The notes beneath the pieces are model-generated. The model was not told the origin of the DNA and searched no databases. It was given only the letters and a program-made list of their open reading frames with translations. The position numbers and the translations under genes were made by a program. 64,000 nucleotides of DNA, taken from IMG/VR virus record IMGVR_UViG_3300049855_000474, positions 89,376 through 153,375 of that record; one strand, 5' to 3'. Position 1 is the stretch's first letter; every line of letters starts with the position of its first letter. Of this stretch, positions 7,206 to 17,591 are shown piece after piece. Source of the stretch: a virus.

Positions 7206-10193
7206 TCAAGAATCGTAGTAATCAAAGGAACCACGGAAAATATTGGAAGTTCCAGAAACTGGAGTTACATACATGACAATTCTAGCAGGACCAGGTACCT
7301 TAATGTATGATCCGTAGTTACGAGGAACTTGGCTGGACTGACCATGCAACGTCAAGAAATCACCAACCTGCTTTTCTGGCTGGTTTGCCACTGGTAGACT
7401 ACGAACTTTCAGAACAAAAACAGAGCCGTTACCAGCTACAGTTGAGTTACTACCAATTAAAGTACCTGTTACGCTGCATACTAGACCTGAAGCCACATAA
7501 TGATGTGCCCAAAAAGTTTGATTATTGGTGGCTGCTATGGTGCCTACAGCGGTCCCACCACCAGCAGCTCCTGTAAATAGAGTAATAATCCCAACATTGG
7601 ATCCGGTACTACCAACAGTTAAGACCTCCATTTTTTCAATAAAACATTTCGTAGTAGTAACTAGATTAACAGCAGTTGTACCGTTGAGGGTTACATCTTC
7701 AGTGCCTACAGTGGTACCTGTAGCATCCATCCAAGTAATTCTAACCTGGCGAGCGCCCGTACCAGCAGAAGAATCGTTTGCACTCGAGGAAACGATAGAA
7801 CCGGTAAAATTAGCTGCAGGCTCTGTATAAGAAGTACGCCTAACAGCAGCTTGAGCTGTGGAAGCTAGGGAAGGGTCTCCAAACGCAATTCCTGGAATAG
7901 AATTTTCCGGAGCAGAGGTGACGGGGATAGCTAACTGATTAGGAGACAAAACAACTACAAGAGCCTTATCTGAAGCAACTGGAGCCGTACTTGCAGGTTT
8001 GACCGATACAGGACCAGTAGTGCCATCAGACAACTGATTGAAAATCGAACGGGCAACGCTATCACCCGTAGGCAATGTGTTGGTTCCGTCAGTTATACGA
8101 ACAGGCCAGTACCCGGACAAAGAAGCAGCGGTGCCTTGGTTCGCGGTAACCGTACCGTCCACAGTAAGAGATCCACCATTGTCCGTAACGGGTATAGCAG
8201 TCTGATTACTAGCAAGTACAACAGGAGAACTTGCCGCCATAACAGCCTGACCAGCAGATAAGGTCTTAGTATTAATAGCAGACAGGGTTGTTTCGGTTGC
8301 AGCTCCTGATGGAAGCGGTAACGACGCAGCAGAAATTGGGATAGTATTATTAGGACTGATAGCAACTACAAGAGCGGGGTCCGCTGCTACTGCTGCTGTA
8401 GAGGCAGCTTTGATCGTAGCTGTATTGGTGCCATCTGTGATCTTTTCAAAGATAGCCCTACCAACAGCATCCCCCGTTGGCATTGTATTAGTGCCATCTG
8501 TTACTCTAACAGGCCAATACCCAGCAAGAGAAGCGGCAGTGCCCTGAGTAGCAGTAACAGTACCATCTACAGTAAGCGATCCGCCGTTATCAGTAACAGG
8601 AATAGCAGTCTGATTACTAGCAATAACAACAGGGGAGGAGGATGCCATAGCTGCTTGACCCGCAGCTAAAGTCTTCGTATTAATAGAAGATAATGTAGTT
8701 TCCGTAGCCGCACCTGTTGGAAGCGGAAGAGAAGCCGCAGAAACAGGCTGTGTTACACTGGAACCATCAACTCGAAGCCCGCCAGCGGTATTTAAAGAAA
8801 GTGAACTTAGTTGTCCAGTTGTATAAGAGGGAGCCGCCGTAGTGACAGAGCCACCAATAGAAGTTGCTTGAGCTGGTGGAGAGGAACCCGTAGCACTAAC
8901 GCTAGGATTACTAGCCACAATTGGAGTATTAGGAGAAATAGCAACAACAAGAGCGGTATCAGCCGCCACCGCTGCTGTAGAAGCTGATTTTACCGTAGCT
9001 GTATTAGTACCATCATTAATCTTGGTTGTTTGATTACCAAGAGTAGTTTGGTTCGCAGAAGTTGCAGCACCTGTAGGCAGAGGAAGGGATGTCGCTGAAA
9101 TTGGTTGAGTTGTTGTCCCGGTTGGGTCTACTCTTAAAGGATCTGACGAAGTACCAGCTTCAACAGAACCGCCAGAGGCACTTTTACGAAGAATTGTACC
9201 TAAAATAAACTGAGTACCTGCACCAGAATCCGCATCAAATACCCTAGCGGCCTGTAGATTAGTTCCATCAGAACCACCAACCTGAGTAGAAGAGGTTGGA
9301 ATAGATGTATTATTGGATCCAACGGAAGGGTTTGTTGCAGTAATTGAGCTGTTAGGACTAATTGCTACAACAAGAGCAGGGTCTGACGCGACAGGAGCAG
9401 TACTAGCCGCCTTAACCGCTGCGATATTTGTTCCATCCGTAATCTTCTCAAAGAGTGCTCGACCAGCAGTATCTCCAGTTGGCATTGTATTAGTGCCATC
9501 TGTTACTCTAACAGGCCAATACCCGGACAAAGAAGCAGCTGTACCTTGAATAGTTGTAACTGTACCGTCAATAGTAAGCGATCCGCCATTGTCTGTAACT
9601 GAGATTGCGGTCTGATTACTCGCAATTACAACAGGATAACTCGCAGACATAACAGCTTGACCCGAAACGAGCGTCTTTGTATCAATAGAAGCAAGCGTTG
9701 TCTGCGTCGCTGCGCCTGCTGGAAGCGGTAAAGATGTAACACTAACAGGCTGGGTAGTGGTTCCAGTAGGATCAATTCGAAGGGGGTGCGTATTATCCCC
9801 CAAGAAATCTGTATTATTAGGACTAAGTATTTTGCCGTTAGCATCGACAGTACCGCTGGTAACAGTGACCGTTCCGCTTGTAACATTGACATTCTGTGGG
9901 TCATCTGGTAAAGCTATACCAGAATGATCACCTAAAATACTCCCACCAGAAGCTGGTGAATTAGGAGTTTGCGATGACAAACCATCTAAAGTATTCTTCT
10001 CTCCGCTAGCAAGAGGATCTTTGAACCAAATTGTAAGACTATCATCCCCTGGGGCTGTGATACCACCAGCAACGTAATCAATTTGAGTTACAATAGAACT
10101 TAATTCTATTTCACGACGTAACCTAGCAACACTAACTAATCCAGAAGGGACATCGGTGCTGATTGTATATACGTAACTAGTAGGCGTAGGCAT
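7206..10193 (-). CDS. long repetitive virion fibre protein
   Basis: 995 aa, S/T/A/G-rich, internal ~125-aa repeats (LPLPxGAAT...YWPVRVTDGTN...ALVVAISPN). Confidence 0.8.
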   Translation of the reverse strand: MPTPTSYVYTISTDVPSGLVSVARLRREIELSSIVTQIDYVAGGITAPGDDSLTIWFKDPLASGEKNTLDGLSSQTPNSPASGGSILGDHSGIALPDDPQNVNVTSGTVTVTSGTVDANGKILSPNNTDFLGDNTHPLRIDPTGTTTQPVSVTSLPLPAGAATQTTLASIDTKTLVSGQAVMSASYPVVIASNQTAISVTDNGGSLTIDGTVTTIQGTAASLSGYWPVRVTDGTNTMPTGDTAGRALFEKITDGTNIAAVKAASTAPVASDPALVVAISPNSSITATNPSVGSNNTSIPTSSTQVGGSDGTNLQAARVFDADSGAGTQFILGTILRKSASGGSVEAGTSSDPLRVDPTGTTTQPISATSLPLPTGAATSANQTTLGNQTTKINDGTNTATVKSASTAAVAADTALVVAISPNTPIVASNPSVSATGSSPPAQATSIGGSVTTAAPSYTTGQLSSLSLNTAGGLRVDGSSVTQPVSAASLPLPTGAATETTLSSINTKTLAAGQAAMASSSPVVIASNQTAIPVTDNGGSLTVDGTVTATQGTAASLAGYWPVRVTDGTNTMPTGDAVGRAIFEKITDGTNTATIKAASTAAVAADPALVVAISPNNTIPISAASLPLPSGAATETTLSAINTKTLSAGQAVMAASSPVVLASNQTAIPVTDNGGSLTVDGTVTANQGTAASLSGYWPVRITDGTNTLPTGDSVARSIFNQLSDGTTGPVSVKPASTAPVASDKALVVVLSPNQLAIPVTSAPENSIPGIAFGDPSLASTAQAAVRRTSYTEPAANFTGSIVSSSANDSSAGTGARQVRITWMDATGTTVGTEDVTLNGTTAVNLVTTTKCFIEKMEVLTVGSTGSNVGIITLFTGAAGGGTAVGTIAATNNQTFWAHHYVASGLVCSVTGTLIGSNSTVAGNGSVFVLKVRSLPVANQPEKQVGDFLTLHGQSSQVPRNYGSYIKVPGPARIVMYVTPVSGTSNIFRGSFDYYDS
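7930..9760 (-). repeat. intragenic repeats of the fibre gene (three full plus partial units)
   Basis: Near-identical DNA, e.g. ggcattgtattagtgccatctgttactctaacaggccaatacc at ~8479 and ~9481. Confidence 0.8.
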
Positions 10194-10199
10194 AAATCC

Positions 10200-11129
10200 T
10201 CAGTTATCAATCAGCCAAAGCGTTAGGTATACATCTTGAATGCCTGCACTACCTGAACCGCCAGCAAAGCGGTAGTCTACCGTAAAGGTATGTACGCCGG
10301 ATAACGCGACTTGCACGCTATGACCCGAATTGCTGAATTGGGAGCCTGCTGTACTCGCTTTATTAACTACTAAAAATAGATTGGTGGCGCCATCTTTACG
10401 TACACGGCTTTCGACCTGCGTATTATTATTCGATCCATTCGTGATGTAGGACCAAAATAGAATGTAATCGCCGACAGGCAAGCTCGTAGTCGTCAACGTT
10501 AATTTAGTAATAAAGGTAGCGCTCGTAGTGGTACTCAGCACCAAGGAATTTACACGATTTAACTCAGCAGCTACACCGGCTACAACAGTAACCAGGTTCC
10601 AATTTCCTGCTCCATCCGACTGCATCATACGACCCGCAGGAGCGGCGCCAGAACTTAGGTTTTGTGCAGTAATAGGTTGAATGCCTCCTACATAATGCTG
10701 AGAGGCATGCGCAGTGGCTTGAGTATCCAAATCCTTTAAAACAGCTTGAGCAGTACTATTTGCGGAAGCTACGAAAGTCGAGGTGTCCACACCGACACGA
10801 AGAGCACCGGACTTGTTTCTAAAAGCGGCTGTTCCTCCTGTGGAGGTAGCGATAGCTTCAACAACATCAAGAGATTGATCAGTGAGAACGTTGGCTACGG
10901 TGTAGGTCCCGTTGGCACCCGAAGTACCAGTGAGAACAACTTTATCCCCAACTTCAACAGGGTCATCTCCATAAATCAGACTTACAGAGCCTGGAAAGAG
11001 GATGACTTTTGTGCCGGAGGTAGTGGAAGTAACAGTGTTTCCAGTGCGATAAGAAGTTACACCCGTAGCTGCTAACTCAGTAGAGTCAACAATATCAAGG
11101 TCTACAATATCGGCTTTGGATATACCCAT
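10200..11129 (-). CDS. virion fibre/decoration protein
   Basis: T/G/S-rich, HASQH trimer motif, C-terminal jelly-roll-like tip. Confidence 0.65.
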   Translation of the reverse strand: MGISKADIVDLDIVDSTELAATGVTSYRTGNTVTSTTSGTKVILFPGSVSLIYGDDPVEVGDKVVLTGTSGANGTYTVANVLTDQSLDVVEAIATSTGGTAAFRNKSGALRVGVDTSTFVASANSTAQAVLKDLDTQATAHASQHYVGGIQPITAQNLSSGAAPAGRMMQSDGAGNWNLVTVVAGVAAELNRVNSLVLSTTTSATFITKLTLTTTSLPVGDYILFWSYITNGSNNNTQVESRVRKDGATNLFLVVNKASTAGSQFSNSGHSVQVALSGVHTFTVDYRFAGGSGSAGIQDVYLTLWLIDN

Positions 11130-11626
11130 TACTTCTTAGGGGATTTACCTGAAGGTATAATACGAACCCCAGGAATATCCGTAGAAACCCCAGATAGTTT
11201 CTCCGCAATCTTCTCTACTTGCTTAGTAGTCACTTTTTCTAAAGGCGTTTCAACTACAGCAGTAACAGTTTCGTCAACTTTTTCAGCTTCTTCACGCTCT
11301 TTAGCAAGAGCAGCCATCTCTTCCAAACGCCGTACTTCCTGTGTATTGAAAGCTGCTACGATGTTAACAATAAGGTCACCCATGTCATTACAGGCTTTCA
11401 TACGACCATGCTCCTCACCAATCTGGTGAGTCAGACGTTCTATTTCCCGCTGACTTTTGATCTTGATTCCTTCGATACCATTTAGTATCTGAATCATTTG
11501 ACCTTGAAAAAGCTCAGGAGTTACGATATCATAAGTAATAGCTTTTGTAAGCTCAGACCTAAGTTCAAGAAGACGCTCTTTGTAATTTTTCTCGTGTTTA
11601 TTTCCGCGTGGCTCTATTCCAGACAT
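11129..11626 (-). CDS. hypothetical coiled-coil protein
   Basis: ORF with SD GGAG, heptad-like helical pattern. Confidence 0.65.
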   Translation of the reverse strand: MSGIEPRGNKHEKNYKERLLELRSELTKAITYDIVTPELFQGQMIQILNGIEGIKIKSQREIERLTHQIGEEHGRMKACNDMGDLIVNIVAAFNTQEVRRLEEMAALAKEREEAEKVDETVTAVVETPLEKVTTKQVEKIAEKLSGVSTDIPGVRIIPSGKSPKK

Positions 11627-11634
11627 AAAACTCC

Positions 11635-11895
11635 TTAGAACTTATTATACTTTTTCTCATCTCTAGCCATTCTATTTGCTAAATAGAGACACTGTTCGCA
11701 GTACACACCGTGACGATCTTTAGGAAGCAAATGTAAATCCCCGGATATCTGAATGAATCGCATCCGTTGGACTTTACCGTCTCTCTCCATAAATTCGTCA
11801 GCGGTGTGACCAGATTTGCACCAGAGATCTTGAGGATAGTCAAGATCGCCTGGATTTATTACTCTCTGAGTTAAGTCAGCTTTAAGCTTTGACAT
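11635..11895 (-). CDS. hypothetical Zn-binding protein
   Basis: CKSGH...CEQC. Confidence 0.6.
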   Translation of the reverse strand: MSKLKADLTQRVINPGDLDYPQDLWCKSGHTADEFMERDGKVQRMRFIQISGDLHLLPKDRHGVYCEQCLYLANRMARDEKKYNKF

Positions 11896-11912
11896 AAGTT
11901 AGCAACTATATT

Positions 11913-13739
11913 TTACAGGATGAAATAGTTAATGTGGTCACCAGAGTTAATCTTCTGGAAAGCCGTGATGGATGTCGTGCTAGTTTCGGTATAATCGTTA
12001 CCGCTAGTAGAAGGTCCGGGGTCCCGCAGAAGACCGCGCCAGAATACCCAGAGACCAACACCGTTATTGGTGCCGTCAAGAAGGTAGGTATTGCCACCAG
12101 GCAATGTATGAGCCGTGCCCGCACTAATTTGAGCAGCCAAACGCTCAATAACACGAGTTACGCTTGCGCTTGAGATAGCAGAGGAAAGTGCCTGCAAGCT
12201 GGCGGTGATAGTCTCACCATCCGTAAGATAGGGACCCGTGTAATCACGAATACCAATCTGTTGGTTGATCTTGTTAAGAACCTCTGTTACAGAGGGATTC
12301 TGATCAAGACCCGAGAACACGTAGAAGTTGGAAGTATTGGTCAGACCTTCAAGGAAATCATCACCATCAGAAACACCAAGCAAACTGCGGATATCAGAAA
12401 TATCCTGAGCCACACCAGCGTCACCAACGATACCATTGACTAATGTCCTACGAAGAGCGTTTTCGCTCATAAGGTCAAGACGTTCGCGGAAACCGTAGAA
12501 CACGTTGACGGAAGTAGGCAGTAGCTTTTCCCAGGTATAAGCAGCGGAACCCGAGAGAGCTGCGCCTTGCGCTACCTTGCGGAAGTGAGCTTCATACGAA
12601 TCACCATCTACAGCGCCACCACCAAGAGAACGGGCGAAGATACGGAAGCCCGCGTCAGCAGTACCACCAGACATACCAACCACAATGAAACCAGCGTCAA
12701 CGACAGTTTCAGTAATGGTTACGTTACCAGCCGTGCCTGGATTAGTATTAAGAAGTTCAACGATAGCGCCGCCGCCTGTTGAAGCATTGATATTCAGTAC
12801 AGGGGCACTGTTGACAGCTGCGATGATGGTAGCTGCGACAGTGGCAGCTGAATCACCGCCAGCAAAGGTAATAGCACGAAGAGTATTCGACTGCACAACT
12901 GAGGCGTTACTATCAAATTCAAAAGTAACGGCAGGATTTGTGCCATCACTAAGAACGAAAACTTCACCGTCAAGAAGAGCAGCACCAGCGACGGCAGTGA
13001 TTCGACCCACAGCACGCCCATCAACCGTAAGAGCTTGACCCGTTGAAGGATTGATTAACTCAATGTAAGTTGCCTCATGATCGCCAGCGTCAGCGCCATC
13101 GAAAACCGGCACACCTGTTCTATCGACAGCATCTGCCCAAGGCAAGTTACCAGCACTAGAAACAGTTACGTTAGTATTACCATGAGCCACAGCCTGAGCA
13201 AGGAACAAACGAGTATTGACCAAAGCCTTAGCGTCCGTGGTCTTACTGGCAATATTCGTAAGATTAGCAGGTACCGCAGTACCTACCGCAGTAGGACGCT
13301 CATACGTAGGAACAGAATCTGTATGTGAAGCAGTACCCTTAATTAACTTGCGATCCGTACGGACAAAGTTGATGTCATCTTCCAACGAATAAGGATCTCG
13401 AACAGAGTAGGTACCAGTGAAAGCTTCGGCTACACCGGAAGCATTCTGATACGTAATGACCGTACCGCTGGTGAATGCCGAAATAAGGAACGAACCATTG
13501 TTAGCGCCAGTGGTAGCACCAGCTATTGTAATAAAACGACCTACATCAGCGGCTGTAAAGGTGGCACCTGCATCCGTAAGGGTCATATTTGGTGCGGTAC
13601 CGCCGATGGTATCACCAGTACCGGTAGCAGTTGTGGCACCAAAACTAGAACTCTCATCCGTGAGAGTACGAGTATTACTTGGATTAATACTGCCCTTAAT
13701 ATCAATCTGTTGATCAAGGGCATTAGGTCTAACTGGCAT
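11913..13739 (-). CDS. virion structural/fibre protein
   Basis: SD AGGAG; G/A/T-rich; DYTETSTTSIT C-terminal module. Confidence 0.7.
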   Translation of the reverse strand: MPVRPNALDQQIDIKGSINPSNTRTLTDESSSFGATTATGTGDTIGGTAPNMTLTDAGATFTAADVGRFITIAGATTGANNGSFLISAFTSGTVITYQNASGVAEAFTGTYSVRDPYSLEDDINFVRTDRKLIKGTASHTDSVPTYERPTAVGTAVPANLTNIASKTTDAKALVNTRLFLAQAVAHGNTNVTVSSAGNLPWADAVDRTGVPVFDGADAGDHEATYIELINPSTGQALTVDGRAVGRITAVAGAALLDGEVFVLSDGTNPAVTFEFDSNASVVQSNTLRAITFAGGDSAATVAATIIAAVNSAPVLNINASTGGGAIVELLNTNPGTAGNVTITETVVDAGFIVVGMSGGTADAGFRIFARSLGGGAVDGDSYEAHFRKVAQGAALSGSAAYTWEKLLPTSVNVFYGFRERLDLMSENALRRTLVNGIVGDAGVAQDISDIRSLLGVSDGDDFLEGLTNTSNFYVFSGLDQNPSVTEVLNKINQQIGIRDYTGPYLTDGETITASLQALSSAISSASVTRVIERLAAQISAGTAHTLPGGNTYLLDGTNNGVGLWVFWRGLLRDPGPSTSGNDYTETSTTSITAFQKINSGDHINYFIL

Positions 13740-13764
13740 TGACGTCTCCTATAGTTTAATTGTA

Positions 13765-14976
13765 TTAAGCCAGTAGATAATCTGCTTCTATTTCAGAAAA
13801 TTGATTCGGAGTAAAGCCAAGTAAATATACAGAATCGTAACCTGTTCCAGGTCCACCGCTCTCGAATGGATAATACTCACCACCTTCAGACGGTGTTCCT
13901 GTCGTAGCTTGTTTCAAGCGACGACCATTATGATGCACAACAATAGTTTCACCTAAAATCAAATCGTGGACAAAAACATCGGGAACTAAGAAAACCTTAT
14001 TTATGCTATTTCTCAGCCCAAGTAGTGGAATTCCATACTTACGAGAAGCTGCGGTGCAGAGAGTGAGGGTGAGCTGACCAAATAGTAATCCGTGCGTTCT
14101 AGATACTACAGAGTTTAAATCCCGAACAGCATCAATATCACCGGAACCAGAAAGTGAATTCGGAAATACACGAGAGCACTTTGTAGCAGAAAGTTGAACA
14201 ATTTCCCCAGTACCAGAATAAACAGGATGTCCAGAGCTTGTAGCCGCATTAATAATGGAGTTTTCTAGTACAATTTCGGCTAGACCTGTGGACCCGGATA
14301 ACTTAGATAATAAATGCCCAGTAGATAACATTGTAACTTTGCTATGGATTAGATGAACCAAACCATTAGAAACACCAACAACAGAGACAAGATCTCCACT
14401 AGTATCACATAACAAATTTATGTTTTGAATTCTAAGAGTTCGCCCTATAATAGCTACACCATTATCAAAAATTACTGTAGGCTGTGAGCTTCCAAGCCCC
14501 TGAATAAAAACACCACGAAGGTCGTAAGTTCCGGAAGGTATATGAATAGCACTACCAGGATCCAGAGAATCATCAATAATTACAATGCCTCCACCGCTAG
14601 CTACTAGTCTGGTATACAAGGTTGCCCAATCAGCAAAAACTATATTATCAGGATATACAGTTGTTGCCATAGGACGTAAAATAAAGATGCCTGAAGCACC
14701 AGAAGCCCCTGGTACAGCGCTAATAGCCTCCGCTATGAACCGCTTAATGTCGGCAAGAGTCACATATTCGGCGTCGTCATCTTCAATTTCAGGAGTATTG
14801 AAGACGTTGAATTCTATTTTGTGCTGCTCTTGTAATAATACTAAGGAGGTTCTAAGAGCCTCTACCTCTGCCACGCGAACAAAGATCGTCCTTGTGCTGT
14901 CAGGGAGTACAATTCCCAAGACACCATCAAATGCGATCAGGTCCAATGTTAGGTTTTTGACTCTTAACCACGGCAT
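13765..14976 (-). CDS. virion protein with shared N-terminal anchor and beta-helix-like middle
   Basis: N-terminal ~65 aa paralogous to the next two genes; IHIPSGTYDL beta-helix start. Confidence 0.6.
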   Translation of the reverse strand: MPWLRVKNLTLDLIAFDGVLGIVLPDSTRTIFVRVAEVEALRTSLVLLQEQHKIEFNVFNTPEIEDDDAEYVTLADIKRFIAEAISAVPGASGASGIFILRPMATTVYPDNIVFADWATLYTRLVASGGGIVIIDDSLDPGSAIHIPSGTYDLRGVFIQGLGSSQPTVIFDNGVAIIGRTLRIQNINLLCDTSGDLVSVVGVSNGLVHLIHSKVTMLSTGHLLSKLSGSTGLAEIVLENSIINAATSSGHPVYSGTGEIVQLSATKCSRVFPNSLSGSGDIDAVRDLNSVVSRTHGLLFGQLTLTLCTAASRKYGIPLLGLRNSINKVFLVPDVFVHDLILGETIVVHHNGRRLKQATTGTPSEGGEYYPFESGGPGTGYDSVYLLGFTPNQFSEIEADYLLA

Positions 14977-14995
14977 GTATGGAGCAATTTCAAGG

Positions 14996-15778
14996 TCAAC
15001 TACGGAGTAACGTCAACGAACGATAAGTCGCGCGCAATGCTCCCTCTGTAGCCTTCCAATAGATTGCAACAATGTCTCCCGCTTCCAGGGACAGGCATGC
15101 AGTCGTAAATACGCTAGTAGAGTCTTCTTGGGTGCGCACCCAAGAGCGTTCTGAGCCCTCGAGTATGGTATCAGCAAACCCCCCACCAAAACGACCTAGA
15201 CATATTTTACCCTTAGAAGAAACGGGACTGTAGAGCCCAATTTCTCCCAATACCAACCAGCGACCGGAAGAAGGTATCACTAGTTGTAAGCCATTAACAG
15301 GAGCATATGTCTGGTGAGATTGAGAGACAGCATTCTGTGCATCTGCACGAAATGCCATAGGCTGTGGAGGTGTTGTTTGAAGGTGCAGTAGCGTTTTTTC
15401 GCAATCTACAAGCTTTTCAGCTAGAAGTTGAGTTACAACTACTTGAGAGGCTAAAGCGTCATCCAGCGTAGAAACACGAGAAAACAAAGCTGCTACGGAA
15501 TCTTTGGATGCGTCAAGACTGGATTGAAGCTTCTCGACACCAGGAGATGTCATCGTTAGAGCATTACGAGGAGAAACAGGAGAAACAAGATCTGAGTGGA
15601 CCGTGTAAGAAATAATACCCTTAGTTTTAAGAGAGTCCAAAAGAGGCTTTAGTGCCTCGAATTCGATAGCAGTAAGCTCAACTTCTTGGGTAGCCCGCCG
15701 ACCTAAGTTCGGTACGCGACTAGTCAAAGGAATTTCCGCTACTGTATTGTTTACCAAAGTAATTTTCACACTAAGCAC
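14996..15778 (-). CDS. virion protein (shared anchor, coiled coil, C1q/BclA-like tip)
   Basis: IPSSGRWLV...LSLEAGDIVAIYW tip motif. Confidence 0.6.
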   Translation of the reverse strand: MLSVKITLVNNTVAEIPLTSRVPNLGRRATQEVELTAIEFEALKPLLDSLKTKGIISYTVHSDLVSPVSPRNALTMTSPGVEKLQSSLDASKDSVAALFSRVSTLDDALASQVVVTQLLAEKLVDCEKTLLHLQTTPPQPMAFRADAQNAVSQSHQTYAPVNGLQLVIPSSGRWLVLGEIGLYSPVSSKGKICLGRFGGGFADTILEGSERSWVRTQEDSTSVFTTACLSLEAGDIVAIYWKATEGALRATYRSLTLLRS

Positions 15779-15820
15779 CTACAGTAGAAGGAGATGAGAC
15801 TACCTAAACTAATTACTTAG

Positions 15821-16246
15821 TTACTTAGCAACCCAGCCCGTATTACCAACGCCGGTTTCTTTGACGTACAGAGTCGTACCAGCGCCGCCATTCGTACGAA
15901 GGAAAAGACAACCAACAGGAGCCGTGACAGCAGCTTCAGGCGTACCAGCACCAACAAAGATCTTGGCAGCACCCAACGTAAGAGGAGAAGCAAAAGAAGC
16001 AGTCAAGGAACCGTTCTCAAGCTGTTCCTTCATCACACCCTCAGCCGCATCATCGACGGCTGAAGTATTTGCTGCTACTGACCAAGTCAAAAGATTAGCA
16101 GCAGCTAGGCTAACCAGCATAGGGCGAGCATCCTCAAGAGCTGCCGTATTAAGCTCGACAGTTCGCGAAGCACCACCAGCCAAAATGCCAATCGAGGCAC
16201 TGACAGGAAGTTCCGCACTTGTTCTATTTGTTACAGTTACCAACAT
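15821..16246 (-). CDS. small virion decoration/fibre protein
   Basis: C-terminal GTPEAAVTAPVG.LFLRTNGGAGTTLYVKE.G.GNTGW module common in phage fibres/tailspikes. Confidence 0.7.
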   Translation of the reverse strand: MLVTVTNRTSAELPVSASIGILAGGASRTVELNTAALEDARPMLVSLAAANLLTWSVAANTSAVDDAAEGVMKEQLENGSLTASFASPLTLGAAKIFVGAGTPEAAVTAPVGCLFLRTNGGAGTTLYVKETGVGNTGWVAK

Positions 16247-16378
16247 GATACCACCTAGTATGTAGAGAATGACCGGTTAAATTAGCAGCTCAGAATACAT
16301 TTACTCCAAGACAAAAGTCTTTTACCAGACAATCACCAAAAAGCTACGAAATTGAACCTTTCGGAAGTTAAATAAAGC

Positions 16379-17512
16379 TTACAGTAAGCCAATTCTCGAA
16401 AGAAGAGGAAGTATTTGCCCTGTCCCAGCAGGACCTCGAAACACAGGAACAACAACACTAGAAAGACCGTAATCATAAGGACGAGTAGCAAGAGAACCCA
16501 CACTGTTTCTACGAAGAAGATTTCTCTTGACTTTTGGAAGCTCTGTACGGATATATTCACCTAAACGACTGATGGCACTTTCGTAAGTACCAGTACGATC
16601 AGTATCAAGAGTAATAGTTTGACCCGAAAAGTTGAACTTCAACTCACCTTCAGCGATAAATTGAGCCTGAAGTCCCCACCAAGCAGCAGCGGCTATCAAA
16701 AAAGTATCAATTCCAGCCATACTAGAAATTGTACCAAAGCCCCACATAGTGATAGGGTTGAAGGAATTCACGATACCTAGCCCACGAACAAAATATTCGT
16801 ACATATCAGAATCTGAATAGGCTTGAACGTGACCTTCTTTTTTCTGAACCTTATCCATTAACATACGAAGAGAAGGCTGTAGAAACCAAAATTGTGATTC
16901 AGGTACTCGAATTTGTTGAATAAAATGTTGAGATGGTGATATTGGCGTCTCTCTAATAGCCCAAGTGGCTATGTAGCTGCCTACTTGCAGTTCTGAGGTA
17001 TCTGCATAATACATAATGAAGCCATCAGTATTGACTTTAACAGGGGTATAGGTCTCAACCTGCCCACCAGTATTCATCAAAGTGACAGAAAGTGAGCTAG
17101 GTTCCCTAGCCATTTTAAGGAATAAACGCTCAGAAGTGTTTTCAAGAGTGAGGTTGGTATAGGCTCTCTCCTCAGAAGTAGCGACAATATTGTCTATTAC
17201 AGTGAAAAATTGAGTCTTAGAGACCTGGCGTCCACCAGCAGTAAAGAGAATCCAATCAATACGCCAATTCTGGTCTGTAACGGACAACTCAGCATCTGCT
17301 GGAACAAACCAACTATAACGATAGCGACCATCACCCAAAGAAATCGCTACAGCCTGCTGTATTATCTCCTCCGAAGGAGAAACAATACTAACCGAAGGAT
17401 ACTGAGCAGGATCTATCGGAACAAGGGGATCCCCCACCTCATCTAGGAATAGTTGCTCGAAAATGGTATTTACCCCTCGAACAACTTTTTGTGGTGTTAT
17501 AGCTTGTACCAT
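16379..17512 (-). CDS. putative head-tail adaptor/neck protein
   Basis: Ig-like N-terminus (GDGRYRYSW) plus helical adaptor-like C-terminus (LRMLMD...YSDSDM...FNFSGQTITLD); start uncertain (17512 or 17560). Confidence 0.55.
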   Translation of the reverse strand: MVQAITPQKVVRGVNTIFEQLFLDEVGDPLVPIDPAQYPSVSIVSPSEEIIQQAVAISLGDGRYRYSWFVPADAELSVTDQNWRIDWILFTAGGRQVSKTQFFTVIDNIVATSEERAYTNLTLENTSERLFLKMAREPSSLSVTLMNTGGQVETYTPVKVNTDGFIMYYADTSELQVGSYIATWAIRETPISPSQHFIQQIRVPESQFWFLQPSLRMLMDKVQKKEGHVQAYSDSDMYEYFVRGLGIVNSFNPITMWGFGTISSMAGIDTFLIAAAAWWGLQAQFIAEGELKFNFSGQTITLDTDRTGTYESAISRLGEYIRTELPKVKRNLLRRNSVGSLATRPYDYGLSSVVVPVFRGPAGTGQILPLLSRIGLL

Positions 17513-17591
17513 CCTTATCAAATAACGTTGGGCTACCTGTATAATAGTAATAATTGGCAAGTTACGCTAGCACTCCTTATTTAATAGGAGA

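Noticed and set aside
7930-9760. CRISPR array or DGR template/variable repeats
   Set aside because: The repeats are in-frame coding units without spacers, differences are not adenine-specific, and no cas or reverse transcriptase gene is in the window
7300-16300. Many plus-strand ORFs opposite the fibre genes
   Set aside because: Antisense shadows of low-complexity S/T/A/G-rich genes
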